Positions 1 through 12,893 of a DNA stretch of 64,000 nucleotides are shown one piece after another (the stretch's first letter is position 1; every line of letters begins with the position of its first letter). Origin of the DNA: Mobula birostris (Eukaryota); NCBI RefSeq assembly GCF_030028105.1, contig NC_092377.1, positions 166,510,104 through 166,574,103 of the forward strand, written 5' to 3'. The notes beneath the pieces are model-generated. The model saw only the letters and a list, made by a program, of their open reading frames with translations, was not told the origin of the DNA and made no database searches. A program made the position numbers and the translations under genes.

Positions 1-1828
1 TTATTTAAGATTAACTTTTTACCCTTAATTGACCATATTATTCAACTTTCATCTAAATGGTTTCCTTTATATTTAACTTTGATTGGTCATATTAATGCAG
101 TTAAAATGTTTTTTTTGCCAAAATTTCTATATATATTTCAGGCATTACCAATCTTTGTTCCAAAATCTTTTTTTGATAAAGTTGACTCAAAAATTTCTTC
201 ATTTATTTGGCAAAATAAAAACCCGAGACTGGGTAAAATACATTTACAGAAAGCTAAGAGAGATGGAGGTTTAGCATTACCTAACTTTAGATTCTATTAT
301 TGGGCAATTAATATTCGACATATGAAATTTTGGTTACTTGACCAGGATATACTATCCATTCCTAAGTGGGTAGCATTGGAATTACAATCTGTTCAGGGCT
401 ATACACTTGGCTCTATTTTAGGTTCCTCTCTTCCTTTTGATTTGAAACGCCTTAAACAGGTGTCTAACCTGCTAGTTAAATATACCTTACGTATTTGGTT
501 TCAATTCAGAAAATTTTTTGATCTTAACCAATTTGGGCTAGCGATTCCTATTTTAGGTAACATTTTTTCCTCCCTCTTTTACGGATCGTGCTTTTCAAAT
601 TTGGAAGACTAAGGGTATTTCACGGTTTTTGGATTTATTTTTAGATGGTTCCCTTATGTCTTTTGAACAATTATCTAATAAACATAATTTATCAAGAATA
701 CATTTTTTTAGATATCTACAAGTTAGAAATTTCCTAAGTACTATAATTTCTTCTTTTCCAATGCTTCCTCCTACATACATTTTAGATACTATAATTAACC
801 TTAATCCATGTCAGAAAGGTGCATCGGCTATGATTTATAATATTATTATGAAACTTAAGAAAGCTCCATTTGATAAGATTAGGGTAGATTGGGAACAGGA
901 ATTGGGGTCTATCATTTCTGTGGATGACTGGGGGCAGATTTTACAATTAGTCAATACTTCCTCTATCTGTGCTAAACATTCCCTAATTCAATTTAAAGTT
1001 GTTCATAGAGCACATATGTCCAAAGATAAATTAGCTCGCTTTTATTCTCATATTAATCTTTTTTGTGATAGATGTCTGGGGCAGATATCCTCTTTAACTC
1101 ATATGTTTTGGTCTTGTCCTACTCTGGAAACTTTTTGGAGAGACATTTTTAATATTATCTCCAAGGTATTGAATATAGATATATCTCCTCACCCTATTAC
1201 TGCTATCTTTGGACTACCTAAAATTTCCAGTAATCTTTCTCCTTCAGCCCGTAGAATGATTGCATTTCTTACTTTAATGGCGAAAAGATGTATCTTACAA
1301 CATTGGAAAGAGCTTAATGCTCCAACTACCTTGTTTTGGTTTTCTCAGACGATATTATGCTTGAATTTGGAGAAAATTAGAAGCAATCTTTATGATTCCT
1401 CACTTAAATTTGAACAGACCTGGAGATCTTTTATTCACTATTTTCATTTAATGTAATTTTTTTTCTCTTTTTTTGCTCCATATTTATATACCCTTGTTTT
1501 TTTTTACTGTTTTTAATGGAGGTCGGGATTGAGGACGTGATTTTAAGTTTTTTAACTCTGCTTGGTTCCAAGTTAGCCCATTGCTTTGCTTTGCTTTTAG
1601 TTAGTTGCACGGTGGTTTTTTGGGGTTTTTTTTTCCTTTTCTCTATTGATATATATATATATATAAAAATCAGTATACTATTATGTTACCTTAGTATGTT
1701 ATGTTTAAATTACATTGTATCTTTTTTGTATTAATATCTCCTGTAATTTTATTATATTCTAACAGTGTATTAGTGCCTATATGGCTTACCTTTTTGTATA
1801 CTTATTCAATAAAAAGAAAGAAAGAAAG
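1..1828 (+). mobile_element. L1/Tx1-clade LINE, 3' part (ORF2 C-terminus, 3' UTR, A-rich tail)
   Basis: ORFs 79-612 and 629-1456 are one ORF2 tail split by a frameshift near 570. Motifs KMFFLPKFLYIFQALP, GGLALPNFRFYYWA and C-terminal CDRC..HMFWSCP. AATAAA at 1808-1813 is followed by (AAAG)n. Confidence 0.9.
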
Positions 1829-2548
1829 TTTGGAATCATCAGACAGATGGAAAGCAAAGCGCAGCTTTTCACGGCAGCTCGGTCGGTGTGATTACAGCGC
1901 CACAAATCATCAGTTAGGGTTGGATTCCTGCCTTGCCGGTTCTCAGCCGAAAATGTCGCTCTTTATTCCCCTCCATAACTGCTTACTGGGGTTTTTAAAG
2001 ATGGTTGGAGGGAACTCTAGAGGGAGAGAATCATGGTCATGTAGTCCATGATCGCCCACGCCCTGCGACACGGCGCATAACGAAGATCGTGATGGTGGGT
2101 AGGTGTGTGGAGCGCACCGCCGGGGGTGGTGGTGGAGGCAGTTACGTTTAAGGGATTCTTAGATAGGGTTATGGTTGATAGAAAAATGGAGGGCCATGTG
2201 GAAGGGAAGGGATAGATTCATCTTAAGAGTTGGTTAAAGGGCCAGCACATTGTGAGTTAACAGGAAGTAAACAATAGAATGTGGGGTAGGGTGGGGTGTG
2301 AATGTCTTTGCTCAGAGGGTGGTGAGTGTGTGGAACAAGCTGCTAGCCAAAGTGGTGGATGTGGGTTTGATTGTAACATTTGGATAAGTACATGGGTGGG
2401 AGGGATATGGAGGGCTATGGTCCAGGTACAAGTCGTTGGGACCAGGCAAAATAATATTTTGCCATGGACTAGATGGGCTGAAGGGCCTAGTTCTGTGTTG
2501 TAACACTGTGAGTCTCCACTAAACTGTGGTTTCTGGTTGATTCCACAG

Positions 2549-2699
2549 GGACGCCAGTGCTCAGCAGATCCTGACTGTGGCCCAGGAAAGTTCTGCCTTT
2601 CCTCTCGACGCGAAGAACCCATCTGTAGCCCTTGCAGAGGGATCAGGAGACGGTGCCACCGGGACACGATGTGCTGTGCAGGGAGCCACTGTCTGAATG
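2549..2699 (+). CDS. dkk4: Dickkopf-4 coding exon 2 (cysteine-rich domain 1)
   Basis: Acceptor ttccacag|GGA and donor AATG|gtaag. 151 nt, phase 0/1. Encodes GRQCSADPDCGPGKFCLSSRREEPICSPCRGIRRRCHRDTMCCAGSHCLN, the Dkk N-terminal Cys pattern, closely matching mammalian DKK4 exon 2 from memory. Confidence 0.93.
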
Positions 2700-2789
2700 G
2701 TAAGAGCTGTGCTAAGTTAACAGTGATCTTTCAGCAAAACCTTTGCTTCCTTTACAGGCAACAGGTAGATCTGCCCTTTCATGTACTTC

Positions 2790-3340
2790 AGGTCTATAGG
2801 AAATGGAGAGGGAAGTATCTCTCCAACAACTGTGGCTAACATATAGTTACTTGGGGTCCACATATATTGATCCCCCAACGTTGCTGCACAGGTTGATGAG
2901 GTGGTTAAGTAGGTGTATGGTGCGCTAGCCTTCATTTATCACGGGTTTGAGTTTGAGAGCTGCAAGGCAATGTTGCAGCTGCATGAAATGTTGGTTAGAT
3001 CACACTCGGAATATTGTGTTCAGTTGTGGTCACCTCATTATAGCAAAGATGAGGAAGCTTTAGAGAGGGTGCAGAGGAGATTTACTCGGATGCTGCCTGG
3101 ATTAAAGAGCATGTCTTATGAGGACAGGTTGAGTGAGTGAGGGCTTTTCTCTTTGGAGTGAAGGAAGAAGAGAAATGACTTGACAGAGGTGTAGATGAGG
3201 CATAGACAGATAGGGTGGACAACCAGCACCTTTTTCTCAGGCGGGAAAGGCTAACACAAGGGGCATAATTTTAAATTGATTGGAAGAAAGTACAGGACGG
3301 GTGTGAATGTCAGAGATAGGTTTTTTACAGAGTGGTGGGT
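2790..3340 (+). mobile_element. Degraded CR1 LINE 3' fragment
   Basis: HSEYCVQLWSPHYSKDEEALERVQRRFTRMLPGL, the CR1 ORF2 C-terminus. Confidence 0.8.
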
Positions 3341-3769
3341 GTATGGTATCTTGAACAGACCTCTTGGTCAATAGGAGCTCTTGACCTTGTGGACTACGTT
3401 GTTATGATCTTGCATTCCATTTATTTAGTTTTACCTGTGCTTCACTTCCTTTGTAGCTGTTGCACTTTATTCGGCATTCTGTTATTGTTTTTCCTTGTTC
3501 TACCTGAATGCACTGTGTAATGGTCTGATCTGTATGAACAGTATGCAAGACAAGCTTTTCACTGTATCCTTGTACATGAGACAATAAGAAACTAACAGCA
3601 AGTAGTTCACAGAACATTACCCAGTACAGTAGAGCCCTTTGGCCCATGATGTTGTGCCAACTTTGTAACCCACTCCAAGATCAATCTAACCCTTCCCTCT
3701 CACATAGCCCTTTCTTTTTTCCTTCATTCATGCACTGATCTAAGAGTTTGTTAAACATTGCTCATGCAT

Positions 3770-4385
3770 CGGTGGTAAGGAAGGCAAATGTAAGGTCAGC
3801 ATTCATTTCGAGAGGACTAGAATAGAAAAGCAAAAGATGTAATGCTGAAGTTTTATAAGACATTGGTCAAACTACATTGTGAGCAGTTTTGGGGCCTCAG
3901 AGCGGTTCCAAGAGGAGGTTCATAAGAGTGAATCCAGGAATGAAAGAGAGGAGCATTTGATGGCTCTGGGCCTGTACTCGCTGGAGTTTAGAAAGATGAG
4001 AAGGGATCTCATTGAAACTTATTGAAAGGCCTAGACAGAGTGGATGTGGAGAGGGTGTTTGCAATTGTGGGGGCGTCCAAGACCAGAGGGCACAGCCTCA
4101 GAGTAGTGGGACATCCATTTAGAACAGAGATGGTGAGGATTTTGTTAGCCAGAGGGTGGTGAATCTGTGGAATTAAGATGACTGTGGAGGCTGGGTCGTT
4201 GGGAATATTTAAAACAGAGGTTGATAGGTTCTTGATTAGTCAGGGTGTCAAAGGTTACAGGGAGAAGACAGGAGAATGGGGTTGAGAGGGATAATGAATC
4301 AGCCACAATGGAATGGTGGAGCAGACTCGATGGGATGAATGGCCTAATTTTGCTCCTATGTCTTGTGTTCTTGTGTTTTATGGTA
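3770..4385 (+). mobile_element. Degraded CR1 LINE 3' fragment
   Basis: CR1-type RT tail and 3' UTR ending tcttgtgttcttgtg. Confidence 0.7.
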
Positions 4386-4614
4386 TCTACCTCTACTACA
4401 GTCCCTGGCAGTGCATATCATGTACCCACCACTCTCTGTGTAAAAATGCAGTCATCGATATACAGTAATTGTTCAGTAAATTTCCAGTAATTCTAGTATA
4501 GCTGATTCTGTATTTTTCTTGAAATGTAGTTTTACTGCAGAAAGTAGACTACAAAAAGCAGTAATAACTCCCCTTATTTCCCCTTCTTCCCTTTCCTCTA
4601 TGGTTCACTCTCAT

Positions 4615-4895
4615 CTCCTATCAGATTCCTTCGTCTTCAGCCTTTTATCTCTCACTTATTACTTCCTATCTTACTTCTGACTTCCCTCCTCCTCCCCCAC
4701 CCAACCTGGTCTCACCTATCAGCTCATACTCCTTCCTCTCCTGCCACCTTGTTCTGGGTTCTTCCCCCTTCCTTTCCGGTCCTGATGAAGGCTCTCGGCT
4801 CGAAATGTCGCCTGTTTATTCCTCTCCATTGATGCTGCCTGACCTGCTGAGTTCCTCCAGCATTTTGTGCGTGCTGTCCTTGGGGACACCTTCTA
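4615..4895 (+). mobile_element. Penelope terminal-repeat fragment with degenerate hammerhead motif
   Basis: Pyrimidine-rich tract, then ggtcCTGATGAaggctctcggctcGAAAtgtc (core from 4782), then the gatgctgcctgacctgctgagttcctccagc tail shared with 27224-27660. Confidence 0.75.
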
Positions 4896-5240
4896 CAGGA
4901 GAGCTCACTAGAGATGACTCCTTGCTGATAACAGCATAGCTTCAGACAATATGTGGACATCCATATTAAATTGTGCTATGACAGCTCTGGGTGTCGAAGT
5001 TCAGAGCTCAATCCTCGTGTCCTCTGTAAGGAGTTTGTACGTCCTCCCCGTGGAACGTGCAGGTTTCGCCCAGGTGCTCGGGTTGCCTCCAAAGACATAC
5101 CAGGTAGTTTTGTAACTTCAACACATTAATTCAAAGGAACGCTTGAGAGTCCGAAATATGGGTCTAACTTCGTGTTAACTTTAAGTGAGGCACGCATATA
5201 ACACATGAAAGTGTGATGATGTCTGCAATTCACATATCTA

Positions 5241-8200
5241 CAGTGCCTATAAAAAGCATTCACCCCACCCCAGAAGTTTCCATATTTTGTTTTACAACAT
5301 TGAGTCACAGTGGGCTTAATTTGGCTTTGTTGTGACTCTGATCAATGTAAAAAGACTTTTTCATGTCAATGTGAAAATAGATCTACATTAATTACAAATT
5401 ACAAATATATAACACAAAATAATTGATTGCATGAGTATTGCCCCCCCCCCCCTTAATGACACCCCAAATCATCACTGGTGCAGCCAATTGGTTTTAGAAG
5501 TCATGTAATTAGTAAAATGGAGATCACCTGTCTGCAGTCAAGGTGTTTCAATTGAATGTAGTGGAAAATACACCTGATTCTGGAAGGTCCAACAGCTGGT
5601 GAGTCAGTATCCTGGCAAAGACAAAAGAACACTCCAAGCAACTCTGTGAAAAGGTTATGGAAAAGCACATGTCAGGGGATGGATAGAAGAAAATTTCCAA
5701 GTCACTGAATATCCCTTGGAGTACAGTTAAGTCAATCATCAAGAAATGGAAAGAATATGGTGCAGCTGTAAATCTGCCTAGAGCAGGCTGTCCTCAAAAA
5801 CTGAGTGACCGTGTGAGAAAAGGACTAGTGAGGGAGGCCACCAAGAGACCTATGACAACTCTGGAGGAGTTACAAGCTTCAGTGGCTGAGATGGGAGAGA
5901 CTGAGTATACAACTGTTGCCTGGGTGCATCACTAGCAGGGCCGGATTTAGTGGGGCTAGGGCCCCTGGGCTGGAGGCCCTGATGGGTCCCTGCCGACACT
6001 GTAAAATGCTGCTGTACCAAGCAAAAAAAGACAAAGGTCATACTGGCCTAAACATCAAAGTTGTGGACCGAAATATTGGTTTAGTACAATATGTAGGCTA
6101 TAAACTTACAGGCCTTAAGAGAGAGGACAGAAAGTAATGCAGATTCTTAGTTTGAAGGACAGCATCTAAAGCACTCAAAAATTGACCTAGGCTTAGTTGG
6201 CTTAGTAAAGTTATAAGGGAGACAAAGTATGATGTATCCAATCTTAAATCTTCATTTAGTTATTGCTGCACATACCATAGGCCTTAATTCTCAAACAATG
6301 CCAAAGCATTTTTATCTAGGTATTTTTCTCAACCGTGTGTTCTGAGAAAGTAAAATGGAAATGAGAGACAAAAAGGCCAAGAGAGATGGCACTATAGCAA
6401 ACTAGGAAACTTGACAATACTTCAACAATCTTTTTGAAAAATGAGATCTCGCACATACCAATCTATTGCTGTGCTGTGTGGCTTGCAGAGTAAAGACCAC
6501 TTATTACTTACTAGGTTTGTAAACAGTCAACTATTAGCCTATTGCCACAAAAACAGGAACAGCACTGACACACAAGCCTAGGATTTACAAAGTCAGATGC
6601 TTGTTTTTCAAAATTAAAACCTAGCTCTTCTGGATTTCTTCGCAGCAAAGTGCTTGATCAGATCCCTAAAATCCAGTTTCCGAACAAGATCACTTTCAAG
6701 TGACATCAGAGTAAGATGATTCAGCCTGTCCTGTCCCATTGTGGACCTGAGCCTATTCTTCACTAGCTTGAGCTTGGAGAAAGATTGCTTACCACTTGCA
6801 TTTGTGACAGGGAGAGTCAGGTAAAGCCTCAAAGCAATGCTTACATTTGGGAAGATGACCTGCAAGTTTTTTCTCTGAGGAAGCATAAAAGTTCTGTTGC
6901 GGATGAAATATCTTTGCCACTTACAAATTCTCTGAAATGGACAATCTCCTCCACAAAGTCTAACTCCAGGTCAGCTGAATATCTGCTTTGGAGATCAGAT
7001 GCTCTGTTGCACAGATCTTGTACAGAGAGAGAAGGGATATTGTTTAGGATGCCAAATGTGTTGTTAGGGTCATTATATGATGCAAATCTGCAATCAATTT
7101 CTGCAAGTAATCTATCCATCACGACCAAAAAAACAGTAGCTGAGAATTTTCTCTGGCTGGCAAGCCAACATCAGGTGTTGTGGATTCATCCGGAAAGGCG
7201 AGACGTTTTCTTTGTCGTTGGGTGTCTTCTTTGTACACTTGTGTGACTGTTGGAGACATAGTTTTAGTTTGGGTTTCAAAAATATCAAATTGATCACGCA
7301 AGCTTGTTATGTATCCCCGTAGTGATTTCACCAACTCCACAGCATTATACAGGTCTAGATTTACAGCTTGCAATACAACACTTGCATTTTCAAAGCGCTG
7401 AAGAACGCAATGTCACAATTTGCTCAGAAAAGCTATCTCAAGCTTGTCCATTTTTTTGTATAGTGACCTTGCTTCATTTCTGGTTGCCACGTTCTGATTA
7501 ATGTTATCTGCAATGCTCTTTAACGAATCTTGAATATTGGCATAATGTCCACACAATGCCTGTGTGGCTTCTGCATGTGCAGCCCATCTAGTATTAGAGA
7601 GAGAGTGCAGAGTTTCAATGCGCTTGCTCGCATTAGGCTGAAGTCCTGCTGTCACCACCCTCACCTAGAAGTTGAACACATTCTGCACGAAGCCGAAAAT
7701 ATCAGCTGTTTCAACACAACAGTTGACACTGTTGATTCCAACGAGATTCAATGTGTGTGCTGCACATGGAATCCACTCAGCAAGTGGATTAATTTCCTTG
7801 ATGCGGGATTGTAAACCTTTGTAAGCACCGGACATATTTGCAGCATTGTCATAGCACTGCCCCCTGCAGTTGCTTATGTCAATATTCATCTCACATAAAG
7901 CCTCCCCTGTGTGGCTCTCGACGGGTAGAAATCGTAAGAATCGCTCCTGAATGTTTCTATCAGTTGACACGTATCGTAAAATGAATGTGAGCTGATCTAC
8001 GTGTGCAACATCTGTGCTTGAATCGATGCTAATAAAAAAGTATTTGGCCATTTTCACTTCACTGACGATCTCTGACAGAACTCGATTGTTCATGAGCTCA
8101 ATAAACTCCTCACATGTTTTAGGTGGAAGATATGAAGGGGTGCCTGATCCTGCACTTCCAAATTTCTGTATGTGCGCCTTCAAAAACGGGTCAAACTCAC

Positions 8201-10107
8201 TTATTACTTCTGAATGCCCATCATGTGGTTGCCATTATCAGGCCTGCCAAATATGTCACTGGAGCCTCGGACAGCCAGTCCCTTCTCGACCAAAAACTTC
8301 ACAACCGCCACCACTCTTCTCAATATGTCGGTCCAGTAGACGCACTCTGACTAGAACTGTTTTTGCAGTTCTGTATCTATTCTTCCGCTGTCAGACGCTA
8401 GTGTAATGTAGGTCAGTATCGTTTTCCTGTGGTGTTCGCTATTTTCATGCTCTCCTATGCGCTCAGCAGCGTGTTTCCAGTCGCTAAAGCCAGTTTCGAA
8501 GATGGACTGACAGTTACCATCACTGAAGATGCGGCATGCGAAACAAAACACACAGCCGGTGGGAGGGGAATATAAGAGTCATTGCCTTGATATGTACTCG
8601 CCGTTTACAAGCCTGCGTTTGAAGTGAAATTTGGAGAAAAAACGCCTCTGCTGTTTGTATACTCGTTCCGAAGCTTTGATATCCACATCCGTATTCTGAC
8701 AGGACTCCGGCCCTTTCTCAGCCCAGTATGCTCGGACTGAATCATCTAACGTTTCCTTTCCCCAGCGAGCAGGATCAGTGCTGTAAGAATCCTCAGCAGC
8801 GGTTACGTTAACATTCATGGCGGCCCGAATTGGTTGTTTGGAGGCCTCTGTAGTTGAGAATCCCAAAGTCATGTTCCCTGCCTCTTACCGTTAGCTGCTG
8901 ACAGTGGCAAGGACGGTGGTCCTGTGCTAACACTGGTGCTAGCGCTAGCTGTTGAGCAAGTCTCCATTTGTCCACCGGTCTCAGACTGTGACAACAGCGA
9001 TGGTACTGCTGCATCATCGAGAACAGGTTTAAAAAATTCTGTCAATTTCAATGTCTTTTTTAATGCTTCTTTCTCACGGTCCTCTTTTTCTTGTTTCATT
9101 TCTTTTCTGTGCTCCACTCTCGTATTTTTTTTTTGTCCGCCATGATGATAGCTACCTATTTTGGGCCCTTCTGCAGCCCAGCCTAGCCTAGCCCTGCCTA
9201 AAGTCCGGCCCTGATCACCAGTCATAGCTTTCTGGGAGAATGGAGAGAGAAAGCCACTGCTGGAAACAAATCTCACTTAAAATCTTGGCTAGAGTTTGCC
9301 AGAAGGCATGTGGGAGACTGAAGTCAGCTGGAAGAAGGTTCTATGGTCTGATGAAACCAAAATTAAAGTTTTTGGCCATTAGACTAAATGCTATGTTTGG
9401 CGTAAACCAAACACAGCTCATCATCAAAACACACCAGCATGGTGGTGGCTGCATCATGCTGTGGGGATGCTTCATTACAGCAGGCCCTGGAAGGCTTGTT
9501 AAGGTAGAGGGTAAAATGAATGCAGCAAAATACAGGGAAATCCTGGAGGAAAACCTGATGCTGTCTGAAAGAGAACTGTGATCAGGGAGAAGATTTGTTT
9601 TCCAGCAAGACAATGACCCCAAGTATCAAGTCAAAGCTACACAGGGATGGCTTAAAAACAACAAAGTTAATGTCCTGGAGTGGCCAAGTCAGAGTCCAGA
9701 CCTCAATCAGTTTGAGAACTTGTGGCTGGACTTGAAAAGGGCTGTTCACTCACAATCCCCATGCAATCTCAGAGCTTGTGCAGTTTTGTAAAGAAAAATG
9801 GGGAAAAATTGCAGTGTCCAGATGTACAAAGCTGATAGAGACCTACCCACACAGAATCAAGGCTGTAATTGCTGCCAAAGGTGCATCTACTAAATACTGA
9901 CTTGAAGGGGGTAAATACTTGTACAATCAATTATTTTGTGTTTTACATTTGTAAATAATTTAGATCACTTTGTGGAAATCTGTTTTCACTTTGACATGAA
10001 AGAGTTTTTCTGTTGATCAGTGCAAAAAAAGGCCAAATTAAATCCACTCTGATTCAATGTTGTAAAACATGAAAACTTTGGGGGGGGGGGATTTTTTATA
10101 GGCACTG
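5241..10107 (+). mobile_element. Tc1-family DNA transposon (about 1.6 kb, long TIRs), interrupted by a hAT element
   Basis: TA|CAGTGCCTATAAAAA ... TTTTTATAGGCACTG|TA with about 200-bp inverted termini. Degenerate transposase on both sides of the insert: ISKSLNIPWSTVKSIIKKWKEYG HTH; HGGGCIMLWGCF; VFQQDNDPK; PSQSPDLN. Confidence 0.95.
5936..9213 (-). mobile_element. Full-length hAT DNA transposon (ZMYM1/Tip100-like transposase, frameshifted)
   Basis: TIRs CAGGGCCGGATTT / AAGTCCGGCCCTG. 8-bp TSD ATCACTAG (5928-5935) / ATCACCAG (9214-9221). Minus-strand ORF pieces show a TTF-like Zn finger (FCFACRIF..GFSDWKH), a catalytic region (SIDSSTDVAHVDQL, RGQCYDNAANMSG, CAAHTLNL, TRW) and the hAT dimerisation motif (TLPVTNAS..SFSKLKLVKNRLRSTMGQDRL). 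Confidence 0.95.
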
Positions 10108-11660
10108 TATAACCAAATCAATTATGTAAACAATAAAGATTGCTTAATCAAACAAAATATTTACAAGATTACTGAAATACTAAATACACAGCAGGAGGTT
10201 AATTGGTCATTGTAAATTGTCCCATGGTTTGGTTAGGGTTAAATCAGGTTTGTCAGGGATTGCTGAGTGGCACGGCTCGAAGGACCACAAGGATCCGTTC
10301 CGTGCTGTCTCTCTAAATAAATAAATGTCATTATTGTGTGATGGCTGCCACTTGTTCATTCAACATTTGACCAATTGGAATCATCAGTGAGGGAGATTAT
10401 CACTTTAAACAATTACCCAAAGCTTTGGAAGTGCTCTATTCATGTGGATTTGACCAAACAGAATAGACTAGCCACGGGGAGTAATGTAAGTAGGGAATCT
10501 CTGAATTGTAGCAAGTGAACGGGTATCTTTGATGCCAAGAGAATGTGTTGCTTGAGGGGAAAGTGATGCTCTAGCAAAGATCTGACCTCTATTGAACTGT
10601 AAACCTTAGATGTTTATGGTTACTGGGCAGTACATCACACACACAAGTCACTAAAGGAGCTGTGTTTCAATACAAGATGGACAGTAACTCCCAGAGGATA
10701 TCCCAGTGTTCGGAATGAATTTAACTTCAGAAAATGAGATACTATTCGGATTCAAGGTTCAAAGATTCAAAGTAGGTCTATTATGAAACTATGTTTGCAG
10801 TTTACAACCTTCACAGACAACCACGAAACAAAGAAATACTATGGACCCCTTTCAACGAAAAACATCAAACACCCAATGCATGAACAAATAACAACTCTCA
10901 CAAATGGCAAATAGATAGAAATACACTGAATATAAAATATCAAACCACAGAGTCATTGAAACAGTCCAGGAATGTCCAGTTTAGTTTAATTCAGTTCAGT
11001 CTAGCGCTGTGTCATTCACTGCCAGACCACCTTGACCAAAATCGCACAACATAGCAATAAAAAAAGTTGTAACCAGAAACACATCGTAACATGAACTCTC
11101 CATTAAACTCTTGCCAAGACCCAGGGCTCTGGCACCATCCTCTAGCAGTATTGAGCAAGAAAAGACTGCAAATGATATAGACTGGAAATGATAAAGTACT
11201 GGTGGTTGGGTTTGAGGAGGGGTTGATCAGCCTTACTGCTTGGGGAAAGCAATTGTTTTTGATTCTGGTGGTCCTGGCGAGGAGGCTACATAGCCTCTAC
11301 CCTGATGGGAGTGGGACAAACAGTCCATGAGCAGGATGGATGGGATTGTTCATGATACTGTTGGCCCTTTTCCAGCACCATTTTGTATATATGTTCGTGA
11401 TGGTGAATAAGCTGGCGCTGGTGATGTGTTGGGTAGTTGTGACGATCCATTGCAGAGTCTTCCTGTTCACCGCAGTTCTGTTTCTGTCCCATGGAGTGAT
11501 ACAATATCTGATTTAACTTCTAAACATCAGTTATAGCTTTAAGTTCAGACAAATGTTTCCTTGGTGTATTGCAAACACAAAACAATTACTTTTAAAACAT
11601 AAATTAAACACCTTTCCTCGTAGGTAATGACGGAAATGATCACCAATAGCTGTCTACACC

Positions 11661-12160
11661 TGGAGAATTGTGCTCAGTTCTGGTCGCCTCATTATAGGAA
11701 GGATGTGGAAGCTTTAGAGAGGGTGCGGAGGAAATTTACCAGGAATCTGCCTGGATTAGAGAGCATGTCTTATGAGTGAGCTAGGGCTTTTCTCTTTGGG
11801 TGAAGGAGGATGAGAGGTGACCTGATAGAGGTGTACAAGATAAGGGGCATAGATAGAGTGGACAGCCAGAGTCTTTCCCCCACAGGTGCAATGGCTAATC
11901 GAGGGGCATAATTTCAAGGTGAGTGGTGGAAACTAAAGGAGAGATGTCAGATGCATTTTTTTAAAACAGAGTTGGTGAGTGTGTGGAACGCACTGCTGGA
12001 GGTGATGGCAGAGGCTGATACATCAAGGACATTTAAGAAACTCAGGCACATGGATGATAGAAAACTGCAGAGCTATGTGGGAGGGAAGGGTTAGATTCAT
12101 CTTAGAGTAGATTTATTATGGGCCAAAGGGTGTGTACTGTGCTGTAACGTTCTGAGTTCA
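11661..12160 (+). mobile_element. CR1 LINE 3' fragment
   Basis: LENCAQFWSPHYRKDVEALERV.. followed by a CR1 3' UTR. Confidence 0.8.
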
Positions 12161-12379
12161 GGTGAAAGTTGCAACTAGCACTGCAGACTTCTGTACTTGA
12201 GATCATCATTGCTGCTTTGCGTAGTGGTTAGCACAACGGAATTACAGATCAGGGTGTTCTGGAGTTAGGAGTTCAATTACAGCTCTCTACTATAAGCAGT
12301 CTGTCTGCATCCTCCCTGTGATGGTACTACCAGGGAACCTTCTCAAAACAATTCCAGTTTTATTAAAATTCTTTGAACT

Positions 12380-12624
12380 TTTATTTATTGAGATACAGCA
12401 TGGAGTAGACCATTCCTGCCCAGCAATGATAGGACAATTTACAATGACCAATTAATGTACCAACTGGACCACCTTTGGACTGTGGGAGGAAACTGGAGTA
12501 CCCAGGGGAAAGCCAAGCAGACACAGGGAGAACGTACAAACTCCTTAGAGGCAGCACTGGGAATTGAACCTGGGTCGCTGGTACTGTGAAGCATTATGCT
12601 AACCACTATGCTACTGTGGCGCCC
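12380..12624 (-). mobile_element. tRNA-headed V-SINE (HE1-like)
   Basis: Reverse complement of the GGTTCAATTCC B-box and of the V-domain (ctccccgtg..gggtttcc..tttcctcccacagtccaaag). Confidence 0.8.
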
Positions 12625-12893
12625 CAGAAGTACTCCACATCCGTTCAGTGTTGTTGTTAACATGGTTCTGTTCTAGTTCCTCACCTTCCGCAAAATCTGT
12701 TTTATCAACAATCACCCCACCTTTATCTACAAGGCAAGTGTAGGTTATTGTCAGGTGCATAAGCACAGGTGTGATCAAATACTTATTTGCAGCAGCAGCA
12801 CAGGCAGATTTCATATCATTAAATTTGTTCTGCGGCAGCATGTCCAGTGCATATATTCTAAAAAATTACTAAGTTACAACAATAAGAAACATA

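Noticed and set aside
1829-2548. Possible dkk4 exon 1 (signal peptide)
   Set aside because: No ATG-initiated hydrophobic frame ending at a phase-0 donor was found. The region is SINE and CR1 tail debris, so exon 1 is presumably upstream of the window.
2537-2839. Single-exon 100-aa or 111-aa Cys-rich proteins (also 33844-34179)
   Set aside because: These ORFs are dkk4 exons read through into introns. The splice sites define the real boundaries.
6614-8872. Domesticated ZMYM1/ZBED-like host gene
   Set aside because: The frame is broken several times and is bounded by TIRs and an 8-bp TSD, so it is a transposon copy.
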